From: a virus | Lineage: Duplodnaviria > Caudoviricetes | Length of the DNA: 60,626 nucleotides | Direction: 5' to 3' (one strand) | Virus record (IMG/VR): IMGVR_UViG_3300032225_000604 | Span: 1-60,626 of that record | Part shown: positions 45,769-56,068 of the stretch, in pieces | How positions within the stretch are numbered: position 1 is the first letter of the stretch | Layout of the letters: each line of letters begins with the position of its first letter | Program-made: the position numbers and the translations under genes | The notes under the pieces: generated by a model | What the model was told of the DNA's origin: nothing | The model's database searches: none | What the model saw: the letters and a program-made list of their open reading frames with translations, nothing else

Positions 45769-48327
45769 TTATAGTTCAGATTCTACTTCGTAGTTTATGT
45801 TCATGACACCACCAGTGGTCTTGTTTGCCTTGAACCCCTTCTTGCCCTTTGTTGTGGCAGAAAGAGTTCCGCTATCCTTGGTGATATTGACTGTGCAGTT
45901 GTTTGGATCGCGAATTTCAACTGGGTATCTAACAGCAACCCAAGACCCTTCGACGGGTATGGAATCGTTGTTGCTTGCACTTCCAGCAGTCAAACCGCTG
46001 AATGGAGTCAAAGCAGATGATGTTTGGTAGTATCTGAGGCATCGATTGAATTCAGATGTAGGATCGTTCAGTTCAAATGGAGTGGCATCCTGTCCATATT
46101 CGAATTGAACTTGTGCCAGATAGATCTTGTAGTTATTCACTCCCGCAAGATTTGGATCAATCTCTTCAACCATATCTTTTCCGGCGAAAGTAGAGCCAGC
46201 CCTAATATAGAACTTGATCTCCGGACCATCGGTTCCTGATGCACCCGCTACACCACCACTGGCATCGGGCAACGAGAAAGTATGGGAGAACCTAGTCCAT
46301 GTTGTCGGTACATTCATGACAAATCCACGGTTCTTTTGTGAATTCGGCTCAATTCCCGTGGTAGCATAATCGGGTGCAGTTCCACCACCGAAATCCCTGC
46401 GGAATGCAATGCCCAACTTGGCATTGCTCACAGTTGCCTTGGCATAGAACGAAATCGTCGCATAGCCATTCGAGAAGTTCTCAATACCTTCGATGCGCTG
46501 GAAGAGATATGTCTCGCTGGTAGCACCGAAGCCACCAGTTCCAATGCTCATCTCAAGTCCATACGGCGAATATGCATTGGAGTTCTTGAGATCTCCGAGT
46601 CCCAATGTAGCACGGTTCACGGAGACATTCAGACGGTCGGCAGTTGTTCCGCCTGAGTTGACCATCTTCCATCTGTCTGCGGTGTATCGATTCAGTTCGG
46701 AAGTGGGATTCGCAAACGAGAATGTCGTTCCGCGCTGCCAGAAATCAAAGTTTCCATTGATCAACTTATTTCGGAAACCAGAGCCGCTCTGTGGTATGAG
46801 AATGCTCGTACCTGTATCGGTATTCGTATTGATGACAAGACCGACATAATTCTGCACGATTCCTGCTGTCGGAGTCACTGCAACAAGAATGGGCTTCCTG
46901 ACAGTATTGACGGTGATCGGTGGTGTGTTTGTCAGCGATCCATCTTCTGTTCCGAGGAAATATACTGATCCTGGCTGCAATGTCATTCCAGATGCACCGG
47001 AAAGATCGATGTATCCCGACACCGTCATCAACGATGCAGCGGAGTTTCCACCATAGTTTGTCTTGGAGATTATACCAAGTGCTTCTGCCTCTTCCGTGCT
47101 GTTGCAGGATGCCTTGACATAGGAACCATATAGTCTGTCGGATGCGGTGATTCCTTCTTCGAATCTAACAGTATCTCCGACAGAGAATAGATTTGGAGAA
47201 TGCCGAATGACCACTGTGGATGCATTCAACTTGGAATACAAGTCATCAACCGAGACTATCTTGTTTCCGACATAGTTCATCACCATTGCCTTGGTTGACT
47301 CAAGGGCATATAGGATCGGCTTGCGGATTGTTCCTGTGGTGGTCGGGGCAGTCTTGGTTATCTTTCCTGCTTCCGAATCAGATAGGAAGTAGAATTCACC
47401 AGTTCCAAGGCTTGTTGCAGAATCTGCGGATGCAATTGCTCCGGAGAAGTTTCCTGTCACATACCCAAGAAGGTTGACATCCACGAACCGCAGTGCCGAA
47501 TTTACTTCGACTGCAATACCAATGGATTCTGCATTTGAAGCGGTATCTGCCTTTGCAAGTGTGATTCCGCCCGTGGTGGCATCATGGCGGATGACCATGC
47601 CGAATGTATATCCGCTTGCAGTTATTCCATTAAACCTCTTGATGACTGAGGAGTTTATCATGCGAGATGAACCATCGCTGAGAAGGTTCATGTTCGTATA
47701 TGTCGCACCCACGGCATCGAAGTATGTCTGTACATCGACGGTGTTTCCCGCACTATAGGTGTTTATCGTCAACTTGGATGCGGGGCTGTTGTCATCACCT
47801 TCGGCAAATATGAATTTGTTATTCCTCGAATAGAACTTGGCATCACCAGTGAATGCAAGGGCATCGCTGATGCGCCATGCCGAATATGTCCTACCCCCAT
47901 CAAACGACTTCCAAAGGAAGGACTTGTCGCCACAAGCACCCGCGATGATGATTCCACCGCCACCAGCATTGGTGATGACATTGTCCGATGTTCCACCCGT
48001 ACCACCATCGGAACCAACGGCACCAAGGACAAGATTGTAATCATCTATCGTAACCAAGTTCGTGTTGACTGTGGTTACGGTTCCGTTGAAGGTGATGTTT
48101 CCTGTGAAGTTGTGATCACCGGGAATAGTCGATGCAAGATAGATGGTGGCAATACCATCATCACCTTGTATTGTGGAGATACCAGTAGCACCAGTCACCC
48201 CGTAAACCTTCATGCGGTTCAACTTGTTGATGATCTCATTGTTTGTCAGCGTATACCATTCATAGAAGGTATCTGACAAGGTCAATGGGGGGATGATGTA
48301 ACTGCTGCTTGCTGGACCTGTCGGCAT
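45769..48327 (-). CDS. Tail fibre/baseplate-associated protein with repeated modules and a CBM-like C-terminal domain
   Basis: LSDTFYEW..TN N-terminus, GTVTTVNT..IDD motif, two ~140-aa repeats, RNKLINGNFDFWQRG...VQFEYG...CLRYY domain. Confidence 0.75.
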   Translation of the reverse strand: MPTGPASSSYIIPPLTLSDTFYEWYTLTNNEIINKLNRMKVYGVTGATGISTIQGDDGIATIYLASTIPGDHNFTGNITFNGTVTTVNTNLVTIDDYNLVLGAVGSDGGTGGTSDNVITNAGGGGIIIAGACGDKSFLWKSFDGGRTYSAWRISDALAFTGDAKFYSRNNKFIFAEGDDNSPASKLTINTYSAGNTVDVQTYFDAVGATYTNMNLLSDGSSRMINSSVIKRFNGITASGYTFGMVIRHDATTGGITLAKADTASNAESIGIAVEVNSALRFVDVNLLGYVTGNFSGAIASADSATSLGTGEFYFLSDSEAGKITKTAPTTTGTIRKPILYALESTKAMVMNYVGNKIVSVDDLYSKLNASTVVIRHSPNLFSVGDTVRFEEGITASDRLYGSYVKASCNSTEEAEALGIISKTNYGGNSAASLMTVSGYIDLSGASGMTLQPGSVYFLGTEDGSLTNTPPITVNTVRKPILVAVTPTAGIVQNYVGLVINTNTDTGTSILIPQSGSGFRNKLINGNFDFWQRGTTFSFANPTSELNRYTADRWKMVNSGGTTADRLNVSVNRATLGLGDLKNSNAYSPYGLEMSIGTGGFGATSETYLFQRIEGIENFSNGYATISFYAKATVSNAKLGIAFRRDFGGGTAPDYATTGIEPNSQKNRGFVMNVPTTWTRFSHTFSLPDASGGVAGASGTDGPEIKFYIRAGSTFAGKDMVEEIDPNLAGVNNYKIYLAQVQFEYGQDATPFELNDPTSEFNRCLRYYQTSSALTPFSGLTAGSASNNDSIPVEGSWVAVRYPVEIRDPNNCTVNITKDSGTLSATTKGKKGFKANKTTGGVMNINYEVESEL

Positions 48328-48328
48328 C

Positions 48329-48499
48329 TCAGTTTCTCGCTGCTAGTAGTTCCTGAACCTGTCTCTTAAGAGTATTTATCTCTTCCTTGAGCGTCTTTAT
48401 CTCTTCACCAACGCTTCGCTGATACATGATCTCCCGCTCCTTCTCAGGATTACGGAAGATCAATGCTCCGGTCGCCTTGTCCCTCACGAAGTCGTTCAT
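48329..48499 (-). CDS. Small coiled-coil protein (56 aa)
   Basis: Hand translation MNDFVRDKATGALIFRN...EINTLKRQVQELLAARN; below the ORF-track cutoff; fills the gap with an ATGA overlap. Confidence 0.7.
   Translation of the reverse strand: MNDFVRDKATGALIFRNPEKEREIMYQRSVGEEIKTLKEEINTLKRQVQELLAARN
48373..48379 (-). promoter_or_regulatory. Putative late promoter (ATAAATA) upstream of fibre genes
   Basis: TAAATA core about 45 nt before ATG 48327. Confidence 0.45.
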
Positions 48500-51400
48500 T
48501 CGATTGCCACTATTCTAAGGTTCTTGATGACTGGAACCTTTGCGGGATCGGTGGTGTACATGCAGATCTTGACCGCAAATGTATCGAACTTCTCTCCGTT
48601 CAACGGAGTTGCCGTGAACGATATCTCACGGAAGTCCTCTGGGTTCTGTGAGTATGTGAATACCCCTCCCTGATAGAACTTGCTCGTCGGCTCTATTGCC
48701 ATGCGCTTGTATGGCTGATCACCGATGTCTGCTGTGAGTTGTGCGGAGTTGTAGGCAAGGGCATAGACTCGGATGAATGTTCCCTTCGGATACAGGGCAT
48801 CCATTATGACCTTCATCTGCTTTGCGGTCTGCTCCTCGGGGAGGACTACCTTCTTGCTGATGTATCTTGCAGTATCGTCATTTTTTCCCGATGCTGGTGC
48901 CTGTTCGACCGTGGTGCTTGATTCGCTGCTGTTGATGATGTTCGACACCAGTACGGCATTGGTCCTATCCATGTCGATCATGATGCTCGCAAGACCATTG
49001 CTAGTATTGCTTGCAGTGATCGTCAGGTCGATTCCGCTATCGGGGTGGGAAATAGCGGCTAGATCCACATTCCTGCCAGGAGCAACATTGATATCCGTGC
49101 TGCCGATGGTCAACTTGGTGCTGATATCCGTGACATTCGGAGGATAGAATGCAAACAGATTTGGCTGTATCGTGGTATATGGATCGTTGCTGTCCTGAGC
49201 GACATGATTGAGTTCGATGTCCTGCGTGGTTGTTGCCGTGAACTGGCAGCGGTTCATCCTGAACATAAGGTCGGTGTTTTCGTCTCCCGATGCCTCTGAA
49301 CTGTTCTGAGCCTTGAAGAGTACGCCACCAGCAAAGGTGGATGAAATTCTATCATCGCTTAGGATGTCGGTTTCTCCGACATTGGCGACGAAGACCGTAT
49401 ACTTGGGGCTGTTGGTCCTCACCACGATGGAATACTCACCGGGAGCAAGATAAACTGGAGTAGAGAACTTGAAGTTGGTGGCAGTCGGAATAGTTACATT
49501 TGCTATTACCGAAGATGGCTTCTTCACCACCGTGCTGAACGGAAGAATCACAGTTGGGTGTGGTATTCCATTCACCGCAGGGCAAATCTCCAGCGTGACG
49601 GGCAGATCTGCATCCTTCGTGGAGAAGAAGAGATCGACGCTTTCAAGATAGAATCCGTTCGGGAACTCTCCTTCAGTAACCTCGAATGTCTGTGCAAGAG
49701 GATCAATCCACTGGTTGAACTTCGTGGTATTGATGTTCTTGCTTCGATACAGCGGACTCGACACAACCTTGCTGCTGTTCGGAGTCTGCTTGCGGATCTC
49801 GACAGGACGAATGGACGCAATGCCAAGAGGATTCTCTGGCTTGATTCCCGTGCTGTAGTAGACCGACTCTGCAAGAGTCGTGGCATTGGTGATGTCATTG
49901 GATGAATCATCAAGCACACGGAGGATTTTCTCACCGCATTCGAACATCTGATGTGGAATGTTGAATACGATTCCTTCGATAGAACCATCGGCGGTGGAGG
50001 TCATGAATGGACCCGTGCTGCCGTTGTAGGTGCAGTACTGGTTCACATTGACATTGTCGAAGAACACATGAACCTGTGTCTTTGGCTTCATGTTGTAGAC
50101 ATCGAATGTGATGGTCTTGGCTCGCATCGACGGGACAACGCTCTTGTTGAGAAGAGTGTTTGGAAGAACCTCAACATAGTAGTCCTTCTTCCTGAAGTCT
50201 GCCGTATACCTGTCCTTCAGGACATCAACCGTATTGCTGAAGCGCGAGACGCTTTCCTTTGTCTTCCATCTCTTGATGATCGAATCTTCAGTTGCTTTTT
50301 CCCTGCCCTTGGCAAAGAAGTCGGCATTCTTCTTGGATTCTGCATCGGTGAGTTCGACGGAGATACCCGTCCAGATGCTCTCCCAATCATTCCATTGAGA
50401 TCCGTGACCAGCCATGTCATTCATATTGCTGATCAGCCATGCATCATTGATGCCAGTATCGTTGCTCTTTATGAATGGTCTGGTCGTAGTATCGTACCAA
50501 TAGTCCGAGTGGGGGGTGATCTTGATGTTACCAACCCAGTTCGGAAGACCGAATGGATTCACCTTTGTTGTCGTGCTTGCCTTCTCCTGCGACATGACGG
50601 TTGTCGAGGTGAATGTGGAGCATAGGATGTTGTCCGAAGTCAGCGTCAATCCCTGTCCCGTCTTGGTATAGGCAAATCCATATGCATTGGACGAGAAGGA
50701 TGGACGAAGTTCGCCGCGTTCCACATCGATGGAGCATCGGTAGTCGAGATTCATGACATCAGCGACGGAATGTCCTTCGAATGTATCGACCAGAATAGCC
50801 TTCTTGATAGCCGTCTGATTGGACGAATTCAGGATGTTCCTGTTCGCAACGCTGAGTTCAAGATCGTTGAGGATCGCATATTGCTCAAGGTTGTCCATTC
50901 TCTTGGATATCGTTCCGATGTCCTTCATGGTGAACCTGTTGTTGGCAACAGACTGAGCCTTGACATCCTTTGCATTGAATGTATATGCTGGAATGCTCAA
51001 CACGAACAGAGTCATCGAATCGGCAAGATCCTCTGGAATGATCGGGGAGTCATTTGCATTTCCCCTAATGGTCCTCAGTGTGGTGACATCGCCCAGTTCA
51101 TCTGCTGCAATGTTCTTTCCAACAACGACCTTGTCGATTCGTGGAAGATATGATGTTTGCGAGGAGACGATGCTTGAAGTACCCGGAACAAATCCGTTGG
51201 AGTAGCGGATGACGGGTCGGTTGAATGCTTCGGATGCAACATTGGATGCCGTGCTTCCGGCGGTGGAACCATATTGGGCATAGCCGGAAATCTTTGCAAC
51301 ATAACGGAAATCCGCAGCATTTGCAAGATGTATTGACTTGCCAGTATATGGACTGACGAAGACGGGGATGTTGTCATACGAAATGCCCGCATAGGACTCA

Positions 51401-53727
51401 GCAAGGAACGGACCATAGCCAGAGTGCGTGAAGTATGAATACAACACATTGATCTGGAAACTCTGTCCATTGTCATACTTGCTGTAGTAGTCTGGCTTCA
51501 CATAGAGACGACCGAGTAGATATACGGCATCGCGCTGTCCGCTGTCGAACATGAACTCATCGCTTATGTCGTTTCCGACTCTGTCGGTGATGCTATAGAT
51601 CCTGAAGACATCTGCCTGATCCAACACAAAGTACATGTCGTAGATCGAACCAGCGGTATTCTTCCTGATGTTGCGCTTAAGCGTGTTCAGGGTATTGGTC
51701 GTGTTTGTCAGGGTTTCCGTAGCCGTGGCTAGGGTCTTGGTTCGGATCTTGGTCGCCTTGTTCGCGACATTTCCGATCTCGTCCGCAACATTCTTGGACT
51801 TGCCGACAAGGTAATACGAACCCAACGGAAGAGCGGAGGTAAACTGAACATAATCGCCATCTCCAGTGATCTTTGCAGTTACCTTGGTCTGACCAGTACC
51901 AACCGATGTCGAGTTTCCTACGATCTTGATGACTGTTCCGCGAGTCATGGCAGTTCCAGACTCATAGACGACATAGTATCCATCCGTATCATCAAGTGCT
52001 ATGTCGTTTCCAGTTGGAACAAATCCATCATGGAAGCACCAGTTGAAGTCTATTCCCTGTGCAAGAGCAACCGAGGGATATGGGGTGGCAGCATCGACCA
52101 CGAATCCACGGAACACATTGTGGATATACGAGACCTGCTCCACGCTCTTGATCATGGTGGTCGGAGTATTCGAATTGATCGAATAGATGAGTTCCTGACT
52201 TGTGATGTCATTGAACTTGGGCAAGCGAGATGTGCTTGTTGGATTCGATTCCTTGTACAGAGTGATCTTGTTCAGCAACTTCTCGGAAACATTCGTTTCG
52301 TTGGAGAAGAGGTATAGGTTGAGATCTCCCGTCATGTCGCCAGTTGGATTGAAATACTGCACATTGGAGAGATATGCCTTGAACTGCATCGTGGTTCCCT
52401 GTGTGGAGAACTGATCGTCGTTTGGCTCAAGTCCGACGAGCAATGCGGAGAATACGCAACCCGAAAGACCGCTGATGTTGGTATCCGTTAGAGGAGCGGT
52501 GTTTCCATAGACCCAATAAGCAAGGGTCTTCTCTCCTGCACTGCCGCGCACCGAAGAGAACAGGGAGTTGAATCTTTCTCCTGCCGACTCTGGACTATAC
52601 TGTCCGATGATGTAGTTGCCGAAATAGTTGTCTATCGCGGCATCCTCATACACTGCGGTGGTCCTGGCGGTGGAAACCTCGACTATGTCCTTGAACTTAG
52701 TCTCGTATTCGTAGCCAAAGACATATGCCTTGCCGGAACCGACATCGGCATAGAACTTCGTGGCATCTCCGTCTCGGAAGGAGATATCGAATGGCTTCAC
52801 GATGTAGTTTCCGCTTTCATCATATGTCCGCTGTGCAAACAACTTGATGAGTTCGGAATACTGGGTCTTGTCCACCTTCTTGAGAATCTCTCCGTCGAGA
52901 TAGGTGACGAGTTCGATGAAATCCGATCCTGCCGTGTTCTCAAGGAACTTCAAGACAAGATCTATCTTATAACGATGTGCGCCGGGTGCATTGTAGTTGT
53001 AGGAGCCGTTTGCGGGATCCTTGATGCTGTAATCGTCCTTTTCAGTAACGATGGTTGACTGAACATCAAAACCCATGATTCCCGTGGGAGTAACGAAATC
53101 GCGGATCTCATCGCTTACGGTGAATGCTGGCTCCAACTGATCATCGGTCTTTACGAAGAAACCATTGATGTAGTAGATTCCCTCGCTTGTGGCGACTATG
53201 CGGCATTTTCCCACGGAAGGAACCGCGCTGCTCGTCGGAGATACCTTGAGTTGCATGGTCTTGTCGGGATTGTCGGATTCAAGAGTTGCACTTGCCGTGA
53301 ACTGAGTCCCCGACATATATGAAATGACTGCCACTCCATACGGATCTGCATCGCTGTAGGATGGAAGATAGTCCACGACCTTAGCCTTGGACAACACGCT
53401 TCCATCAACATCTCGCTGAATGAGGTTGTAGCCAACCAGATCGGAAGATGCCAATGTGAAGATCGGAGATGTCTGTGTCTGAGGAAGAACGCGGACAAAG
53501 TTCAATGTCTGCGTGGATATCTCGCCACCGATGATCCTGCTGCCATCCTTGAAGACATGGTTGCCGAATCTTTCAATCTGATTCTGCAAAACAGTCTGTA
53601 GTTGGGTGAGTTCCCTGGATTGAACCGCATAGCCTGGACGGAAGAGCATTCGGAGGAACTTCTTGTCCTCATTGAAGTCGTCGTAGTATGGGTTTACATT
53701 GAAAAGGGTAGGATCGTAAGAAGGCAT
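48496..53727 (-). CDS. Large baseplate/virion structural protein (DUF4815-like)
   Basis: PYYDDF..LFRPGYAVQSRELTQLQ, APGAHRYKI, RTYDESGNY, DPLAQTF, ARYISKKV; 1743 aa. Confidence 0.85.
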   Translation of the reverse strand: MPSYDPTLFNVNPYYDDFNEDKKFLRMLFRPGYAVQSRELTQLQTVLQNQIERFGNHVFKDGSRIIGGEISTQTLNFVRVLPQTQTSPIFTLASSDLVGYNLIQRDVDGSVLSKAKVVDYLPSYSDADPYGVAVISYMSGTQFTASATLESDNPDKTMQLKVSPTSSAVPSVGKCRIVATSEGIYYINGFFVKTDDQLEPAFTVSDEIRDFVTPTGIMGFDVQSTIVTEKDDYSIKDPANGSYNYNAPGAHRYKIDLVLKFLENTAGSDFIELVTYLDGEILKKVDKTQYSELIKLFAQRTYDESGNYIVKPFDISFRDGDATKFYADVGSGKAYVFGYEYETKFKDIVEVSTARTTAVYEDAAIDNYFGNYIIGQYSPESAGERFNSLFSSVRGSAGEKTLAYWVYGNTAPLTDTNISGLSGCVFSALLVGLEPNDDQFSTQGTTMQFKAYLSNVQYFNPTGDMTGDLNLYLFSNETNVSEKLLNKITLYKESNPTSTSRLPKFNDITSQELIYSINSNTPTTMIKSVEQVSYIHNVFRGFVVDAATPYPSVALAQGIDFNWCFHDGFVPTGNDIALDDTDGYYVVYESGTAMTRGTVIKIVGNSTSVGTGQTKVTAKITGDGDYVQFTSALPLGSYYLVGKSKNVADEIGNVANKATKIRTKTLATATETLTNTTNTLNTLKRNIRKNTAGSIYDMYFVLDQADVFRIYSITDRVGNDISDEFMFDSGQRDAVYLLGRLYVKPDYYSKYDNGQSFQINVLYSYFTHSGYGPFLAESYAGISYDNIPVFVSPYTGKSIHLANAADFRYVAKISGYAQYGSTAGSTASNVASEAFNRPVIRYSNGFVPGTSSIVSSQTSYLPRIDKVVVGKNIAADELGDVTTLRTIRGNANDSPIIPEDLADSMTLFVLSIPAYTFNAKDVKAQSVANNRFTMKDIGTISKRMDNLEQYAILNDLELSVANRNILNSSNQTAIKKAILVDTFEGHSVADVMNLDYRCSIDVERGELRPSFSSNAYGFAYTKTGQGLTLTSDNILCSTFTSTTVMSQEKASTTTKVNPFGLPNWVGNIKITPHSDYWYDTTTRPFIKSNDTGINDAWLISNMNDMAGHGSQWNDWESIWTGISVELTDAESKKNADFFAKGREKATEDSIIKRWKTKESVSRFSNTVDVLKDRYTADFRKKDYYVEVLPNTLLNKSVVPSMRAKTITFDVYNMKPKTQVHVFFDNVNVNQYCTYNGSTGPFMTSTADGSIEGIVFNIPHQMFECGEKILRVLDDSSNDITNATTLAESVYYSTGIKPENPLGIASIRPVEIRKQTPNSSKVVSSPLYRSKNINTTKFNQWIDPLAQTFEVTEGEFPNGFYLESVDLFFSTKDADLPVTLEICPAVNGIPHPTVILPFSTVVKKPSSVIANVTIPTATNFKFSTPVYLAPGEYSIVVRTNSPKYTVFVANVGETDILSDDRISSTFAGGVLFKAQNSSEASGDENTDLMFRMNRCQFTATTTQDIELNHVAQDSNDPYTTIQPNLFAFYPPNVTDISTKLTIGSTDINVAPGRNVDLAAISHPDSGIDLTITASNTSNGLASIMIDMDRTNAVLVSNIINSSESSTTVEQAPASGKNDDTARYISKKVVLPEEQTAKQMKVIMDALYPKGTFIRVYALAYNSAQLTADIGDQPYKRMAIEPTSKFYQGGVFTYSQNPEDFREISFTATPLNGEKFDTFAVKICMYTTDPAKVPVIKNLRIVAIE

Positions 53728-53739
53728 CTAATCTTGCTC

Positions 53740-56067
53740 CTAGAAACCAATCACAATCTTGAACTCTTCAGATTGCTCGATATTTCTGTCTATTGGTCGT
53801 ACATTTTCTATGTATAACAAATCTCCAGAACCTACTTCAATGTCTGGATTGTAGATGGTGTTGACCGTGGTTGTTGTAAGCGGGAAATCAAGAACCAAAC
53901 CATATGGCTGATATCTTAGTTGATCGGTTGTGTTGAAGGTTCCTGTCAGGTTGCTCAGATGAAGCATACCTGTAAGACCAGAACCACCATCAACCACGAA
54001 ATCGACAACCTTGGCAGTTGTCTTCTTGAGAGTAGTGGAGTCGGTCTGTGAGATGGTTCCGTCGAGTGGATTGGAACCAAGAAGAACCTTATCCGTGAAG
54101 TTTCCTGATGAAGATACTATCTTCATCTTGGTGATCGCACTATATTCTCCAAGATTCTCTACAACCGTGGGAACAAATGAAGTCGATGCCAGGCGACCGA
54201 ACACTTCATCGCCACCGAAGGTGATGAACTGACTGCTACCCGTGAAACCAAGGGAAACCTGACCGAGCAGTTCTCCGAAATCATCATCTACCTCAAGAAC
54301 ATTGGCAGCAGTGAGTGTGGTTCCTGCGACAAACGAGATGTTCTTTCCGCTGGTGAATGCACCATAAGTGGTTTCAACCACGAAATTCCTGTCCGAACTG
54401 TTCACCGACAGGATGGTTCCATATGCAGAGAGAGTCCATCCATCCAGTGCTTGGAACTGAGTAGCCACATCTCCTGTCGCAAAGGTTCCTGTGAATCCGC
54501 TTGCATAGTAGATGCGGGTATTGATTGATGCATCTTCGGCAAACCTGAAGTTTCCAACGACATCGGTCAGATAGAGACGATGGAATCGTGAGCCTGGAAT
54601 GATCTCGTTGTCGAGTATTCTTGCAGTAGCCCTGGTTTCCTTGCCGATGATGTAGTTTCCTGGAACAAATGTGGAAAGGGAATACTGATCGCTCTTGGTA
54701 GGCTGCTTCTTGATCAATGCCTTGAGCGATATCTCCTCTTCCGCACCCGCAAGCGTGATTCCGCCGTAGAGATATGGACTCTTGATGATTCCAAACTGAC
54801 GATAGTCGTTGCGGGTGGATATCTTTCCACCTTCGGTCCCATCGACTTCGGTGACCATCATCATATCTGCGGCACCAAACTCCCTTATCGCATCCGCACC
54901 ATGTCCCCGTGGAGTGGACAGACTTGTCGATATCGAAGCATTGAGCAATGCTATGCTGGCAGACAATCCGGCACTTGTGCTTTCGGAGACTATCCTCGGC
55001 TGTGCATATGTGTAATAGTATCCAGGATTGACGAGTGACAGCGATGCTATCTTCTTTGCATTCGATGTATTCGGTATGACCACGGCATTAATACCATCGC
55101 CATCCACCGCGATGTATGGGACGATCTTGAACTTGGATGCAAGATCGGCACCAACTTCTGGCGTGACGATGTCTCTGGACAGGTTGGGGTAGACATTGGC
55201 ATAGAAATAACTTCCTCCAGCCCCGCCACCCTTCTTGAAGTCGATGATCCTGAAGTACTGACCGATGCCCGGTCCCTTGGTCACATATATCGCATAGTTG
55301 TTCCAGAATCCATTTGCCGGATTCGATTGCTCTCCTACGACATCGAAAGAGACATAGGAAGATCCCTTCACATTAGCCGCTACGCCAAGATCGGCAAGCA
55401 TGGCTGCATTGTTGTTTGCGAAGAATCTGTCCGTCCTATAGACCTTATCGAAGGTTGGACTCAAGGTGGCATTGATCGTGACGGTATCGATGGAACCCGG
55501 CAAAGCAGAATCCTGAACCTGCTTCTGTTCGGGGAAGTTCTCATCTCCGATGAACACGGGAATGTAGTCGAGTGTAAGATGTCCGAGATAGTCTTCGGGA
55601 ACTGTATAGATGTATTTCCACTTGTATCCGTCTCCAAGACTGATCACATCGGCAGATTTTCCTGTCGGCATGATCTCAGATGCACCACTGCTCTTCATGC
55701 ACTTGTAGACATTGTAGTCACTCGTCATGGCATAGTAGTTCTCTCCCGCCATGTCGGTGGTTTCTGAATATGCAGTATAAACGGTTCCATATGTCCAGTC
55801 GATCCTTGGAACTACTAGTTTCAGGTTCTCTGGTCTGATGCGCTTGAGGAAGAGCATGTTCCTCTGAGTATCATACACATTTCGCGACGATTCACCTATG
55901 GATGGAATCGTGGTATCGCTCTCAACTACTGTAGTGGTAGTGGCATTGTCCTCGTATGGAATAGCCCTGCTGACGAAGAGATAGTATTCGTTGCTGTTCG
56001 AAATGCCATTCTGGATCATTTCGATCAGGTCGGTCTTGAGCATTGTCTTTAGAGCGTTGTTTGCCAT
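53740..56067 (-). CDS. 8: Baseplate wedge protein gp8-like (extended)
   Basis: VVPRIDW, YNVYKC, DGYKWKYIY, GHGADAIREFG, NDYRQFGII, SGDLLYIEN..EEFKIVIGF. Confidence 0.88.
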   Translation of the reverse strand: MANNALKTMLKTDLIEMIQNGISNSNEYYLFVSRAIPYEDNATTTTVVESDTTIPSIGESSRNVYDTQRNMLFLKRIRPENLKLVVPRIDWTYGTVYTAYSETTDMAGENYYAMTSDYNVYKCMKSSGASEIMPTGKSADVISLGDGYKWKYIYTVPEDYLGHLTLDYIPVFIGDENFPEQKQVQDSALPGSIDTVTINATLSPTFDKVYRTDRFFANNNAAMLADLGVAANVKGSSYVSFDVVGEQSNPANGFWNNYAIYVTKGPGIGQYFRIIDFKKGGGAGGSYFYANVYPNLSRDIVTPEVGADLASKFKIVPYIAVDGDGINAVVIPNTSNAKKIASLSLVNPGYYYTYAQPRIVSESTSAGLSASIALLNASISTSLSTPRGHGADAIREFGAADMMMVTEVDGTEGGKISTRNDYRQFGIIKSPYLYGGITLAGAEEEISLKALIKKQPTKSDQYSLSTFVPGNYIIGKETRATARILDNEIIPGSRFHRLYLTDVVGNFRFAEDASINTRIYYASGFTGTFATGDVATQFQALDGWTLSAYGTILSVNSSDRNFVVETTYGAFTSGKNISFVAGTTLTAANVLEVDDDFGELLGQVSLGFTGSSQFITFGGDEVFGRLASTSFVPTVVENLGEYSAITKMKIVSSSGNFTDKVLLGSNPLDGTISQTDSTTLKKTTAKVVDFVVDGGSGLTGMLHLSNLTGTFNTTDQLRYQPYGLVLDFPLTTTTVNTIYNPDIEVGSGDLLYIENVRPIDRNIEQSEEFKIVIGF

Positions 56068-56068
56068 A

